DNA of 64,000 nucleotides from an uncultured Verrucomicrobiota bacterium (GCA_964448135.1 CAYUVH010000017.1:10094-74093); one strand, 5' to 3'. Shown: positions 1-8,536, numbered from the stretch's first letter. Notes: generated by a model from the letters alone, not told the origin. Numbers and translations: made by a program.

Positions 1-323
1 ACCGCCTGCAAATCCTGCGCCGCGCCGACACCATCGTCGTCGAAGAGATGAAACGGCAGGGTTGGTATTACCGCATCTGGCAGAGCTTCGCCGTCCTGCT
101 GCCCGTGCGCAGCGTAGGTGTCATGGGCGACGAACGCACCTACGACTACACCATCGCCATCCGCGCGGTGGAATCCCAGGACGGCATGACCGCCGACTGG
201 GTGAAGCTCCCGCCGCCGCTGCTCGAGACCCTTTCCAGCCGCATCATCAACGAAGTCAAAGGCGTCAACCGCGTCTGCTTCGATATCACCAGCAAGCCCC
301 CCGGCACGATCGAGTGGGAGTAA
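1..323 (+). CDS. guaA: GMP synthase (glutamine-hydrolysing), C-terminal fragment; 5' end lies outside the window
   Basis: Frame-3 ORF is open from the window edge. The translation ...[35 protein letters not shown]...[20 protein letters not shown] matches the conserved GuaA C-terminal dimerisation domain and its typical TIEWE end. Confidence 0.9.
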   Translation, partial: RLQILRRADTIVVEEMKRQGWYYRIWQSFAVLLPVRSVGVMGDERTYDYTIAIRAVESQDGMTADWVKLPPPLLETLSSRIINEVKGVNRVCFDITSKPPGTIEWE

Positions 324-754
324 TCCCGGCGTCCCCGGAGCGCGGGCATTCCTGCCCGCAGCCGCGCTCAAAAACCAGCCGCCGCCGATCCCCAAAACCT
401 GCCTGCCCCGAGGGCCTTTACTCGGGGCCACCCGTAGCTTTCAACCCGCAGCCTTTTACCACCTTGTCAGGCCAACACCCTACAGCTCTTTCTTGAGCAC
501 CTGACAGCAAGTTCAGCCTCAGCCCACCTAGTCCGTACTTCCCGTTCGCGGCAAAGTGGAGGCATGACAAAACAAAATTCGATTGCGCGTTCGGCCGCCG
601 CGGTGCGGGTCTTGTATTTGGGGGATCGTCGCGGCGCGGTGCCGCACTTGCGGGCGCTGGCGGTCACGCCGCCCGTGCGCCGGAAGCTGCCCATCCAGTG
701 GCTGCAAGGCGCCCCGCGCAAGATCAGGATTCGTCGCTCCGGAGGCGTGGCGTC

Positions 755-1234
755 GTGAAAAAAACTCCCGGCCTTTCGGTATTGGTCGTGGACGATTCCG
801 CGACCACCCGCGGTTTGCTGCGGCTGCTCATTGCGCGCGACGAGCGCTTCAGCCGCATCATCGAAGCGGGTGACGCCGCGGAAGGCGTGAGCCTGTTCAA
901 GGTCTGCCGTCCCGACGCCGTGATCCTCGACCTCGATTTGCCGGACATGTCCGGCATCGAAGTGCTGCGCCTCATCAAGAGCCATGCGCGCTTTTCCGTG
1001 GTCGTGGTCCTCACCAGCCACACCGAGCCCGAGATCCGGGAAGAGTGTCTTCGCCGCGGCGCCGACGGGTTCTTTACCAAGGACCAGAGCTTTCGCGAAA
1101 TCCCCGGCATCCTGGCCGGCCTGTGCAACCTCATGCAGGACCGCCAGTCCGGCGGCCAAAAGCCCTCCTGGCTCGACGACAAGCGCGGCAACGGCCATCA
1201 CGATCAACGTCCGCCATCCCCGCCCAAATCCTGA
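755..1234 (+). CDS. Stand-alone receiver-domain response regulator (CheY-like)
   Basis: Receiver motifs are present: LVVDDS, phospho-acceptor ILDLDLPDMSG, VLTSH and the conserved Lys in FFTKD. There is no output domain. The ORF opens at GTG 698. I prefer GTG 755 (VKKTPG) because the receiver fold starts right after it, but the start is uncertain. Confidence 0.8.
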   Translation: MKKTPGLSVLVVDDSATTRGLLRLLIARDERFSRIIEAGDAAEGVSLFKVCRPDAVILDLDLPDMSGIEVLRLIKSHARFSVVVVLTSHTEPEIREECLRRGADGFFTKDQSFREIPGILAGLCNLMQDRQSGGQKPSWLDDKRGNGHHDQRPPSPPKS

Positions 1235-1254
1235 CCCCGTTGTGGCGCGGGTAA

Positions 1255-1400
1255 GGAATCCTTTAAAAAGGTTGTACCTTTCGCGTCTTTAGGCGTCCTT
1301 TGGTGTTTTTCCTCAGTAATTTGAGTGTACCTTTGGCGTCCTTTGACTGTACCTTTGTGTACTTTAGGTGTCCTTTCGGGTTTTGGCTTCGTTTGACGCG
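1255..1400. repeat. Degenerate tandem repeats (GTACCTTTG / GCGTCCTTTG units) with CTTT tracts phased about every 10-11 nt
   Basis: CTTT or TTTT tracts start at 1278, 1287, 1298, 1306, then 1331, 1341, 1353, 1362, 1373, 1381 and 1392. They lie in the 530-nt gap between the regulator and ileS. Confidence 0.6.
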
Positions 1401-1768
1401 ATAAGACGCGCTAGGCGCGTTTGGTTTTCTCCGCTGCCGGGGCAGTGGGCTCCGAGCCGCAGTGCCGAATCAGCTTCGCAACAATCGCGTCGCCGCCGCC
1501 AAAATGGCGGCAGATGATGTCAAAGAACGACTTTGACGCAGATCCGAACCGGAACTCCGTCCTCCTACCGTTGAGGTTTAAACCGAGGTGGCGCGGGTGT
1601 CAAGGGGGTGATCGGACAAAAGCAGGCGGCAAAAAGATCGGGGATGGCACAAGGATTCGACCGAAAGATTTGGCGACAAAAAAGTGAGCTGAGCCCGTGG
1701 TTCCGCGGCCCCGCTGCGTTGACACCCCGTGCATTCCCGCTACCCTTGCGCGTCCTTTGGGACGCAGC

Positions 1769-4693
1769 ATGGATTATAAGAGTACGTTGAACCTGCCGCA
1801 GACCGATTTCCCGATGAAGGCTGACCTCGTCACCCGGGAACCGGAACGGCTCAAGCAATGGGAATCCGCCGGCGTGTACGCGCGCATCCAGGCGGCGCGC
1901 TCGGGCGCAAAGCGGTTTGTCCTGCACGACGGCCCGCCGTTTGCGAACGGCGATGTCCACATCGGCACCGCGCTCAACAAGATCCTCAAGGACATCATCA
2001 TCAAGTACAAGACGCTGCGCGGGTTCAGCGCGCCGTACATCCCCGGCTGGGATTGCCACGGACTGCCCATCGAATTCAAGGTCAGCCAGGAAATGCGCAA
2101 GGACGGCAACACCACCGTGGACGCCGCCACCATCCGCCAGGCCTGCGACGCCTACGCGCGCAAATACATCGATCTCCAGCGCACGCAGTTCAAGCGCCTC
2201 GGCGTGTTCGGCGATTGGGAAAATCCCTATCTCACGCTGAACAAGGAATACGAAGCCGACGAACTCCGCCTCTTCGCCGACGTCGTCGAAAAAGGCTTCG
2301 TCTATCGCGGTAAAAAGCCCGTCTATTGGAGCATCCCGTGCCGCACCGCGCTCGCCGAGGCCGAGGTCGAATACAAGGACCACGTCAGCCAGAGCGTATA
2401 TGTGAAATTCCCGCTCGTGGGGCATCCCGCCACGTCGGTCGTGATCTGGACCACCACGCCCTGGACGCTCCCCGCGAACCTCGCAGTCGCCTACAATTCC
2501 AAGATCAGCTACTCGCTCGTCCTCTCAAACGGCGAGCAATTCATCGTCTCCACCATGCTCCTGGGCGCCGTCGCCGAGAAATGCGGCTGGGACGGCTACC
2601 AGATCGTGCGCAGCCTCGACGGCGAGTTTTTCAAGGGCCTCAGCTACCAGCATCCCTTTTGCAATCGCACCGGCAAACTCCTCGCCGGCGACCACTTCGT
2701 CGAGAACACCACCGGCACCGGCTTCGTCCACATCGCCCCCGGCCACGGCCTCGACGATTACCATCTCGGCCTCGCCAACGGCCTGCCCATCTATTCGCCC
2801 GTGGACGACGACGGCAAACTCGCCCTCACCAACGACCTCCCCGCCGACGCGCAAATGCCCGCCGAGCTGGTCGGCAAATCCATCCTCGAAAAACACGGCA
2901 AGAGCGACGCCAACGAAGCCGTCCTCCACGAACTCCGCGTTCGCAACGCGCTCCTGCACCAGGAGAATTACCACCACAGCTACCCGCACTGCTGGCGCAG
3001 CAAGACGCCGATCATTTTCCGCGCCATGGACCAGTGGTTTATCCGCGTAGACCATCCCATTTCCCTCCAGCGGTCCAATGGTCTTTCCGCGGAGGACTCG
3101 GCTCGTGCCTTTGTAAACGCTGTTCCATTTCGCGCCGCTGCGTTAACCGCCATAGACGGCGTGCATTGGGTTCCGGAATGGGGCGTGAACCGCATCAAAG
3201 GCGCCGTCCAAACCCGTCCTGATTGGTGCATCTCGCGCCAGCGCACTTGGGGCGTGCCGATACCCGCGTTCTACGACGCACAGGGCAACCCGCTCCTTGA
3301 TCCGGAGATCATTCGCAAAACCGCCGATCTCTTTGCGCAGCACGGTTCAAACGTGTGGTTTGAAAAATCCGTCTCCGAATTGTGGGCGCTGGTGAAGCCG
3401 TTCCGCACCGTGCCGGAGCCCGTCGCGAAATCCAATGATACCCTGGACGTGTGGATTGATTCTGGGTCTTCCTCGCGCGCAGTGTTGAAGGCTCGCGAGG
3501 AATTGCATCACGAAGAGCTTTATTCTGTTGAGCCGGTCGATTTGAACGCAATCTGGCAGGCCGACATGTATCTCGAAGGCAGCGACCAGCACCGCGGCTG
3601 GTTCCAGTCTTCGCTCCTGCTTTCCCTCGCCGGCAACGGCGCCGCGCCATACAAGACCGTGCTTACGCACGGCTTCATGGTGGACGCCGACCGCGAAAAA
3701 ATCTCCAAGAGCAAGCAGGGACAGGGCGGTTACGAAAAACCCCAGACCTCCGAAGCCTACGTCAAAAAATGGGGCGCCGACGTCGTCCGCCTCTGGGTCT
3801 CCTCCCAGGACTTCCGCAACGACATCACCGTCAGCGAGGAACGCATCGGCAAAGTCGGCGAGACCTACCGCGGCCTCCGCAACGCCCTCCGCTACCAGCT
3901 CTCGAATCTCTACGACTTCGACCCCGCGAAGCACACCGTCCCCGACGCCCAGCTCACCGGCCTCGACCGCTGGATCCTCGACGCCTTTTCCGCGCTCGAA
4001 GCCGAAGCCGCCGCCGCCTACGACCGCTTTGAGTTCCACGTCGTCTATCAAAAGCTCAGCCAGTTCGTCGCCGTCGAACTCTCCGCCGTTTACCACGACG
4101 TCGTAAAGGACCGCCTCTACACCGACGCCGCCAACTCCCCGCGCCGCCGCAGCACCCAGACCGCCCTCCACCGCCTCGCCAGCGGCCTCTGCCGCATGCT
4201 CTCCCCCGTCCTCGCCTTCACCGCCGACGAAACCTGGTCTTATCTCCCTTCACTCGTCCCAAAGGTCCCACAGGCCCCACAGGTCCCATCCGTCCACGAA
4301 CAAACCTGGGAACCGTCCACCTTCCGCGTCCCCGAAACCGAACGCGCCGCCTGGAAAGCCCTTTTCGAAATCCGAGAATCCGTCCTCCCCGAGCTCGAAA
4401 AAGCCCGCCAAAGCAAACACATCGGCAAATCCCTCGAAGCCAAAGTGCAGGTCAGCGTCTCAGATGCCGCGAAGGCTGAATTGCTAAAGAAGTATCGGCC
4501 TGAGCTGCGCGAGTTGTTGAATGTGTCGCAGCTTGACGTCGCGACGGGTGGCGAGGCTTGCGTTGTGACGGTCAGCAAGGCTGACGGGCAGAAATGTGAG
4601 CGGTGCTGGCATTTTGAGACGGATGTTGGAGCGATCTCTGCGCACCCAGCTCTCTGTGGACGATGTGTAGTAGCCGTTTCGACTCTCGGCTGA
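1769..4693 (+). CDS. ileS: Isoleucyl-tRNA synthetase, type 1 with C-terminal zinc finger
   Basis: Conserved N-terminus MDYKSTLNLPQTDFPMKA. HIGH-type motif PPFANGDVHIGTA, WCISRQRTWG and KMSKS-type KISKSK are present, with C-terminal CERCWH...CGRC. ATG 1769 is chosen over the upstream GTG 1697 because conservation begins there. Confidence 0.95.
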   Translation: MDYKSTLNLPQTDFPMKADLVTREPERLKQWESAGVYARIQAARSGAKRFVLHDGPPFANGDVHIGTALNKILKDIIIKYKTLRGFSAPYIPGWDCHGLPIEFKVSQEMRKDGNTTVDAATIRQACDAYARKYIDLQRTQFKRLGVFGDWENPYLTLNKEYEADELRLFADVVEKGFVYRGKKPVYWSIPCRTALAEAEVEYKDHVSQSVYVKFPLVGHPATSVVIWTTTPWTLPANLAVAYNSKISYSLVLSNGEQFIVSTMLLGAVAEKCGWDGYQIVRSLDGEFFKGLSYQHPFCNRTGKLLAGDHFVENTTGTGFVHIAPGHGLDDYHLGLANGLPIYSPVDDDGKLALTNDLPADAQMPAELVGKSILEKHGKSDANEAVLHELRVRNALLHQENYHHSYPHCWRSKTPIIFRAMDQWFIRVDHPISLQRSNGLSAEDSARAFVNAVPFRAAALTAIDGVHWVPEWGVNRIKGAVQTRPDWCISRQRTWGVPIPAFYDAQGNPLLDPEIIRKTADLFAQHGSNVWFEKSVSELWALVKPFRTVPEPVAKSNDTLDVWIDSGSSSRAVLKAREELHHEELYSVEPVDLNAIWQADMYLEGSDQHRGWFQSSLLLSLAGNGAAPYKTVLTHGFMVDADREKISKSKQGQGGYEKPQTSEAYVKKWGADVVRLWVSSQDFRNDITVSEERIGKVGETYRGLRNALRYQLSNLYDFDPAKHTVPDAQLTGLDRWILDAFSALEAEAAAAYDRFEFHVVYQKLSQFVAVELSAVYHDVVKDRLYTDAANSPRRRSTQTALHRLASGLCRMLSPVLAFTADETWSYLPSLVPKVPQAPQVPSVHEQTWEPSTFRVPETERAAWKALFEIRESVLPELEKARQSKHIGKSLEAKVQVSVSDAAKAELLKKYRPELRELLNVSQLDVATGGEACVVTVSKADGQKCERCWHFETDVGAISAHPALCGRCVVAVSTLG

Positions 4694-4730
4694 AACGCAC
4701 TCTGATATAGGTCTAGGCCAGGGGATGGCG

Positions 4731-4759
4731 TTGAGTCCAAGACTCGGCAGAAATATTTG
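4731..4759 (+). promoter_or_regulatory. Possible sigma70-like promoter of the island operon (TTGAGT-17 nt-TATTTG)
   Basis: The hexamers sit at 4731-4736 and 4754-4759 with a 17-nt spacer. The -10 ends 8 nt before ATG 4768 and there is no Shine-Dalgarno, which would fit a leaderless or near-leaderless mRNA. This rests on sequence pattern only. Confidence 0.3.
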
Positions 4760-4767
4760 CCTCCTCC

Positions 4768-6135
4768 ATGAAAGTAAGTTTTATTCAGGATGTGAGCAAA
4801 GAACGACTAACGTGGCCAAGTCCACAAAGCCGTACTTTCGCAGCACTAAGCGACTGCGGGCTTTATGCAGAAGTTCTTCAGGTTGCTCGGAAGGAATCGG
4901 CGATTTCACCCGGGAAGTTGATTTCGTCAGACCAAGGGCTTCGCCAAAGAATGAGGCGACTGCATCTTGTTCAGGAGCCGACGAAGACGAACGTAAATGC
5001 TCTCGTTCGGGCGCTTGAGGCTTTCGGTTGGTTAACGGAAATATTTCCTTCACCTGGAACGTATGGTCTCACACCAGAAGGAGAACAAGCTGCCCAAGTC
5101 AGTATCACGAAACCAAAGGATTTTCGCAGGATGCTTGCTGCCAAGCTGCACGAGCGATACGTCGTTCCTGGGTGGATCGTCTCAAGGCTACATTCGCTGA
5201 ATCCGCAAGGCCAAGGGGAAGTCGTTCTTCCAGCTCCGCCTAAATCTTCAGGCAGAGCGGATCGTCGCGCTTGGCATGATAATGAATGGCCGCATGAATA
5301 TGATTCGGTAACCGTTAAGGCAGCACAACGAGCTAACGAAGTATTTCCTAGTTCTTTCCCGATGCCGCTTGACGATTGGTTGTTTCAAGTAAGGTCTTCT
5401 TGGAAACGCTTGGGCAGTGGTGACCCACCTGGCACAAGAAAGCGGGTTGGTAAAATCCATGGCGAAAAGGAAGCGACGTTCGGCCGAAGAGAGCGGCTTG
5501 TGCATGCAATGCGGGAAGTTGCTGTCCAATTTTTGTTTGGCATCATTGATCCTGTAGCGATGAGGTGGGATTTCAACTCGCAAAAACAGCCGATTCCGCC
5601 GCGTGCATTTAGCGTTTGGTGCCCAAGATTGGAGGAACTTGAATTTATTTTTTACACTGACTATCATCCCCTCGTTCCCGGTCGAGTAATTGTCCCTTGC
5701 GCAAGCTTTCGTCACTACGCCGACTCGCCACCCTTCGAGCCACTGCGCGATGTGGTAGACCCGTACGAGCGATGTCTTTGGCTGCACCAACCACAATGGG
5801 AACAGATCGGCGAGAAGTTTCTTGCTGTGCTGCAGGACACTTATCGAAGAGCATCTAAGCAAATTGGCGCAATGTACGTATCGCTCTTGAACATTAGAGA
5901 TGAAGTTTGTCGGCAGCTAAGGCTGAGCTCAATTCATTTTGACTTCCTTCTGGAGATTGCGTATCGCCTGACAGTGCGAAGTGGAATCTCGGCAGCTCGA
6001 TCAATATCAATTTCGTTGGAAAGCGACATTATTGCTGATCAATTGGGAGCGGTTGGCCTGAACCGGCGTCCGGTTTACATTCACAATGTGCCACACTCCC
6101 TAATCGCAATCGCCGCCTTGTCTCGACACAGATAA
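4768..6135 (+). CDS. Island gene 1: 455-aa protein of unknown family, possible N-terminal winged-helix
   Basis: Long ORF in a low-GC block, 5 nt upstream of gene 2. The segment NVNALVRALEAFGWLTEIFPSPGTYGLTPEGEQ looks like a wHTH recognition helix plus wing. I recognise no catalytic motif. Confidence 0.7.
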   Translation: MKVSFIQDVSKERLTWPSPQSRTFAALSDCGLYAEVLQVARKESAISPGKLISSDQGLRQRMRRLHLVQEPTKTNVNALVRALEAFGWLTEIFPSPGTYGLTPEGEQAAQVSITKPKDFRRMLAAKLHERYVVPGWIVSRLHSLNPQGQGEVVLPAPPKSSGRADRRAWHDNEWPHEYDSVTVKAAQRANEVFPSSFPMPLDDWLFQVRSSWKRLGSGDPPGTRKRVGKIHGEKEATFGRRERLVHAMREVAVQFLFGIIDPVAMRWDFNSQKQPIPPRAFSVWCPRLEELEFIFYTDYHPLVPGRVIVPCASFRHYADSPPFEPLRDVVDPYERCLWLHQPQWEQIGEKFLAVLQDTYRRASKQIGAMYVSLLNIRDEVCRQLRLSSIHFDFLLEIAYRLTVRSGISAARSISISLESDIIADQLGAVGLNRRPVYIHNVPHSLIAIAALSRHR

Positions 6136-6140
6136 AAACC

Positions 6141-7523
6141 ATGGCAAATCCTCTCTTAAGAAAGCCAACTCAGTTGCAGCGGGATGATCAGAACCGATAT
6201 GCGTCGCTTGGCTTGCGAGATAATCCTTTTCCCACCGAGCCTGCGCTGGTGGTAGATAGTGAAAACCCTCGCCTCAATGGTACAATCTATTGCGCCGATC
6301 TCCATTCGGCTAACATTGCCGAATTTCGCAAAATGCTGATTCCCTCACCTGAACGGAAGCAACTCCGGACAATTGCCTTCCTAATGGATCACGCCACCCG
6401 ACGTGGCCGTGGTATCGGCAAATCCGCATTCTTGAAGAATCAAAAGGATTCAATCATGGCGGATCTTGGCGAGGAAGCTTCCTCGGGCAGCGCTGTGGTA
6501 TTTGCTGTGTACATTGTTCCAACATCGTCGCCTCACTGCACGAAGTTCTGGGAATTCTGCCGAATAATCGCAACTGCCATGTGTGAACAAGGCATTATTG
6601 CGCAGGCGATCTGGCGACTTAGAGCACTGTCTGGTAAAATACCATCTAAGGTACTCGATGAAATTGGTGGGGCTGATCAGTGGGAAAGCACGATCGGAAA
6701 TGATGCCTGGTTGGCAAGTAAACAAGTAGATACCTTATTCGGCCTATTGCCCACAATTCGGCAAACGCTAATTCGCGCCGGAGTGTCCTCTGAGACCGCA
6801 GAGAAGCTAGCGATACATGGAGCTAAACCGCTTGAATTGAAAAACCACTTTCTGGGTTTTCAAAAGGAATCGTTTTGGCGCCGGATGGGCGGAGATTTTG
6901 TTTTTGGCGATTTGGTCCGTCTCTTTATGGCAGCCGACTTTACTCGAGGTTTGCTGCTGGTAGATGAGGTCGAGAAGATCGTCTATCATCAGAATGTTCA
7001 GGAAAGACGAGCCTTCGTGGAAGCGCTTCGCTACTACATGCTTGATGGAAGTCAGAACGCAAAGAGCCATTTCTATGGCATGCTGCTGACGATACATCCG
7101 GGAATCCAAGAGCTACTCCTCCCACACTGGAATTCAGCAGGTTTGGATCGTTTGGCTCCTCTCAATCAGCCTGATGCACAGGTTGCGACCCTTTATTTCC
7201 CTCCTTTAAACGAGGATATGGCCCTCCCGCTCGTAGCGGTGTATCTGGACCACTTTAGACTTGATCCGTCCGATAAAGGGAGAATTACACCTTTCTCAAA
7301 AGATGCTGTTATCGAGGCACTAATTAGATCGGGTGGAGTACCCGGTAGAACATTGAGCCTTTTGCATCGAGTGGTGGAGAAGGCCGTCGAGTTGGGCCTT
7401 TCCAAGATAGACAAGGGGCTGGTCGACGCCGTATATCAAGCATCTGAGAGATTGGCTCCAGGAGAAGTTGAGGAAATGATTCCTCCTCCGCCAAGCCAGG
7501 TCGACCTAACCGGTAGTGAATGA
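6141..7523 (+). CDS. Island gene 2: AAA+ ATPase of the ORC/Cdc6-ExeA-TniB type
   Basis: N-terminal YASLGLRDNPFPTEP resembles the ExeA/GspA-type FGL..PF start. P-loop RGRGIGKS lies at nt 6405-6425 and Walker B is GLLLVDEVEK. The C-terminal lid/wH-like segment is PFSKDAVIEALIRSGGVPGRTLSLLHRVVEKAVELG. Confidence 0.75.
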   Translation: MANPLLRKPTQLQRDDQNRYASLGLRDNPFPTEPALVVDSENPRLNGTIYCADLHSANIAEFRKMLIPSPERKQLRTIAFLMDHATRRGRGIGKSAFLKNQKDSIMADLGEEASSGSAVVFAVYIVPTSSPHCTKFWEFCRIIATAMCEQGIIAQAIWRLRALSGKIPSKVLDEIGGADQWESTIGNDAWLASKQVDTLFGLLPTIRQTLIRAGVSSETAEKLAIHGAKPLELKNHFLGFQKESFWRRMGGDFVFGDLVRLFMAADFTRGLLLVDEVEKIVYHQNVQERRAFVEALRYYMLDGSQNAKSHFYGMLLTIHPGIQELLLPHWNSAGLDRLAPLNQPDAQVATLYFPPLNEDMALPLVAVYLDHFRLDPSDKGRITPFSKDAVIEALIRSGGVPGRTLSLLHRVVEKAVELGLSKIDKGLVDAVYQASERLAPGEVEEMIPPPPSQVDLTGSE

Positions 7524-7933
7524 CAATCGTACTTTCTGACCGTGCAACGGTTCGCAAGTTGCTCTGTAGCGAACTTCAGCACACTGAGCTTCCCTTGGGT
7601 AATATTCGATGTTGTCCAATCGGCGATGTATTCTTTCAGGTCGAATTAATTAAAAAGCGTGGTGGCTCCACGGCGAAAATCTCCGACAGTACCAGCGAAT
7701 TTCATCGTGCTATGGGTTCTAGTGCAGTGCAAATCGCCCCGCTTGACGCGCAAGCTCTCGGCTCGGGCTTATTTGTCGAAGATGAGCATCCGGTAGCGTT
7801 TTATTCAGACGCAATAGATTCGAGCCGCCATCCTTCCCAAAGCATCGATGTGGTTGCGCTCCGAGATTTTGATTCAGTGTGGAGCACAACATTTCTTAAA
7901 GAACTTCTTTCCAGGGAGCAGAGCGATGCCTGA
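7520..7933 (+). CDS. Island gene 3: 137-aa protein of unknown family
   Basis: ATGA start/stop overlap with gene 2 (7520-7523) and an 8-nt overlap with gene 4. Same low-GC composition. No recognisable motif. Confidence 0.6.
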   Translation: MTIVLSDRATVRKLLCSELQHTELPLGNIRCCPIGDVFFQVELIKKRGGSTAKISDSTSEFHRAMGSSAVQIAPLDAQALGSGLFVEDEHPVAFYSDAIDSSRHPSQSIDVVALRDFDSVWSTTFLKELLSREQSDA

Positions 7934-8456
7934 CGTTGTTCTTGATGCAAACACCCTGGGTGACTTCCTCTCGCAATATTTTAGTCCGGCATCCTCGGAC
8001 CGAGGGCGCAGGGACTTTGCAGAAGAAGGTCGATTGAGCAGAAACATGGTTGTACATATCAATCGCATTTTGGATTCATTTCGTCGCTACGAATCCGGCG
8101 CTTACATGGAAAGCGCGTATTTGCGCGGCTTGGTCGTCGCCTCCGCCTTTGCATTTATTGAGCTCTGCCGCAATTGGGACCGGATGGTTGATGGAAGGTT
8201 CTCGCCTGAGCAACTAAAGCTTTTTATCGTTCAGACACCGGAATGGTTCAATATCGCTCCCGTGGACGAAAGCCTACTCCCGTTTTATTGTGCTTTTCCG
8301 ACCCACGTGTACTTAAGGGACGAGTTTGTAGCTATTGAATGGTGTGACGCAATTCACGCGGCCACGGCAGATTCTCGCGGAGACGATACTTTGTTGGCAA
8401 CATCCGATCAAAGATTGCAAGCAGTTCCGCATCTTCGGAATCGTATTCTTGCCTAA
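7926..8456 (+). CDS. Island gene 4: PIN-domain nuclease (VapC-like), 176 aa
   Basis: All four PIN acidic positions occur in the usual contexts: VVLDAN (D7), ASAFAFIEL (E79), DAIHAATA (D141) and LLATSDQRL (D161). ATG 7926 overlaps the gene 3 stop. The ORF-track start at 7848 lies inside gene 3. Confidence 0.75.
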   Translation: MPDVVLDANTLGDFLSQYFSPASSDRGRRDFAEEGRLSRNMVVHINRILDSFRRYESGAYMESAYLRGLVVASAFAFIELCRNWDRMVDGRFSPEQLKLFIVQTPEWFNIAPVDESLLPFYCAFPTHVYLRDEFVAIEWCDAIHAATADSRGDDTLLATSDQRLQAVPHLRNRILA

Positions 8457-8473
8457 GCTGGGCGAAGGTGCGG

Positions 8474-8536
8474 ACCTCTTTTCCCTTTGATTTTGGCGCG
8501 CTTTTATTGCGCACCAAAATCAAAGGGAAAAGAGGT
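8474..8536 (+). terminator. Long hairpin (about 27-bp stem with one C.A mismatch, 7-nt loop) closing the island operon
   Basis: ACCTCTTTTCCCTTTGATTTTGGCGCGC ... GCGCACCAAAATCAAAGGGAAAAGAGGT, 18 nt after the stop at 8456, followed by TGTTTG. The T-tract is weak, so function as an intrinsic terminator is uncertain. Confidence 0.45.

Noticed and set aside
1235-1768. T-box or other riboswitch leader in the 530-nt region upstream of ileS.
   Set aside because: I see no T-box consensus, specifier-loop/antiterminator architecture or any riboswitch core. Only the phased repeats are visible, and those are reported separately.
7848-7925. Longer version of the PIN gene starting at 7848.
   Set aside because: It would lie entirely inside gene 3 in another frame. 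ATG 7926 gives the canonical PIN N-terminus (MPDVVLDAN) and a typical 8-nt coupling overlap.
4694-8473. Integrase, transposase, tRNA or direct-repeat att sites flanking the low-GC island.
   Set aside because: I looked for these, but none is visible by eye. The island borders are therefore defined only by composition, the promoter-like site and the hairpin. Mobility remains inferred, not shown.
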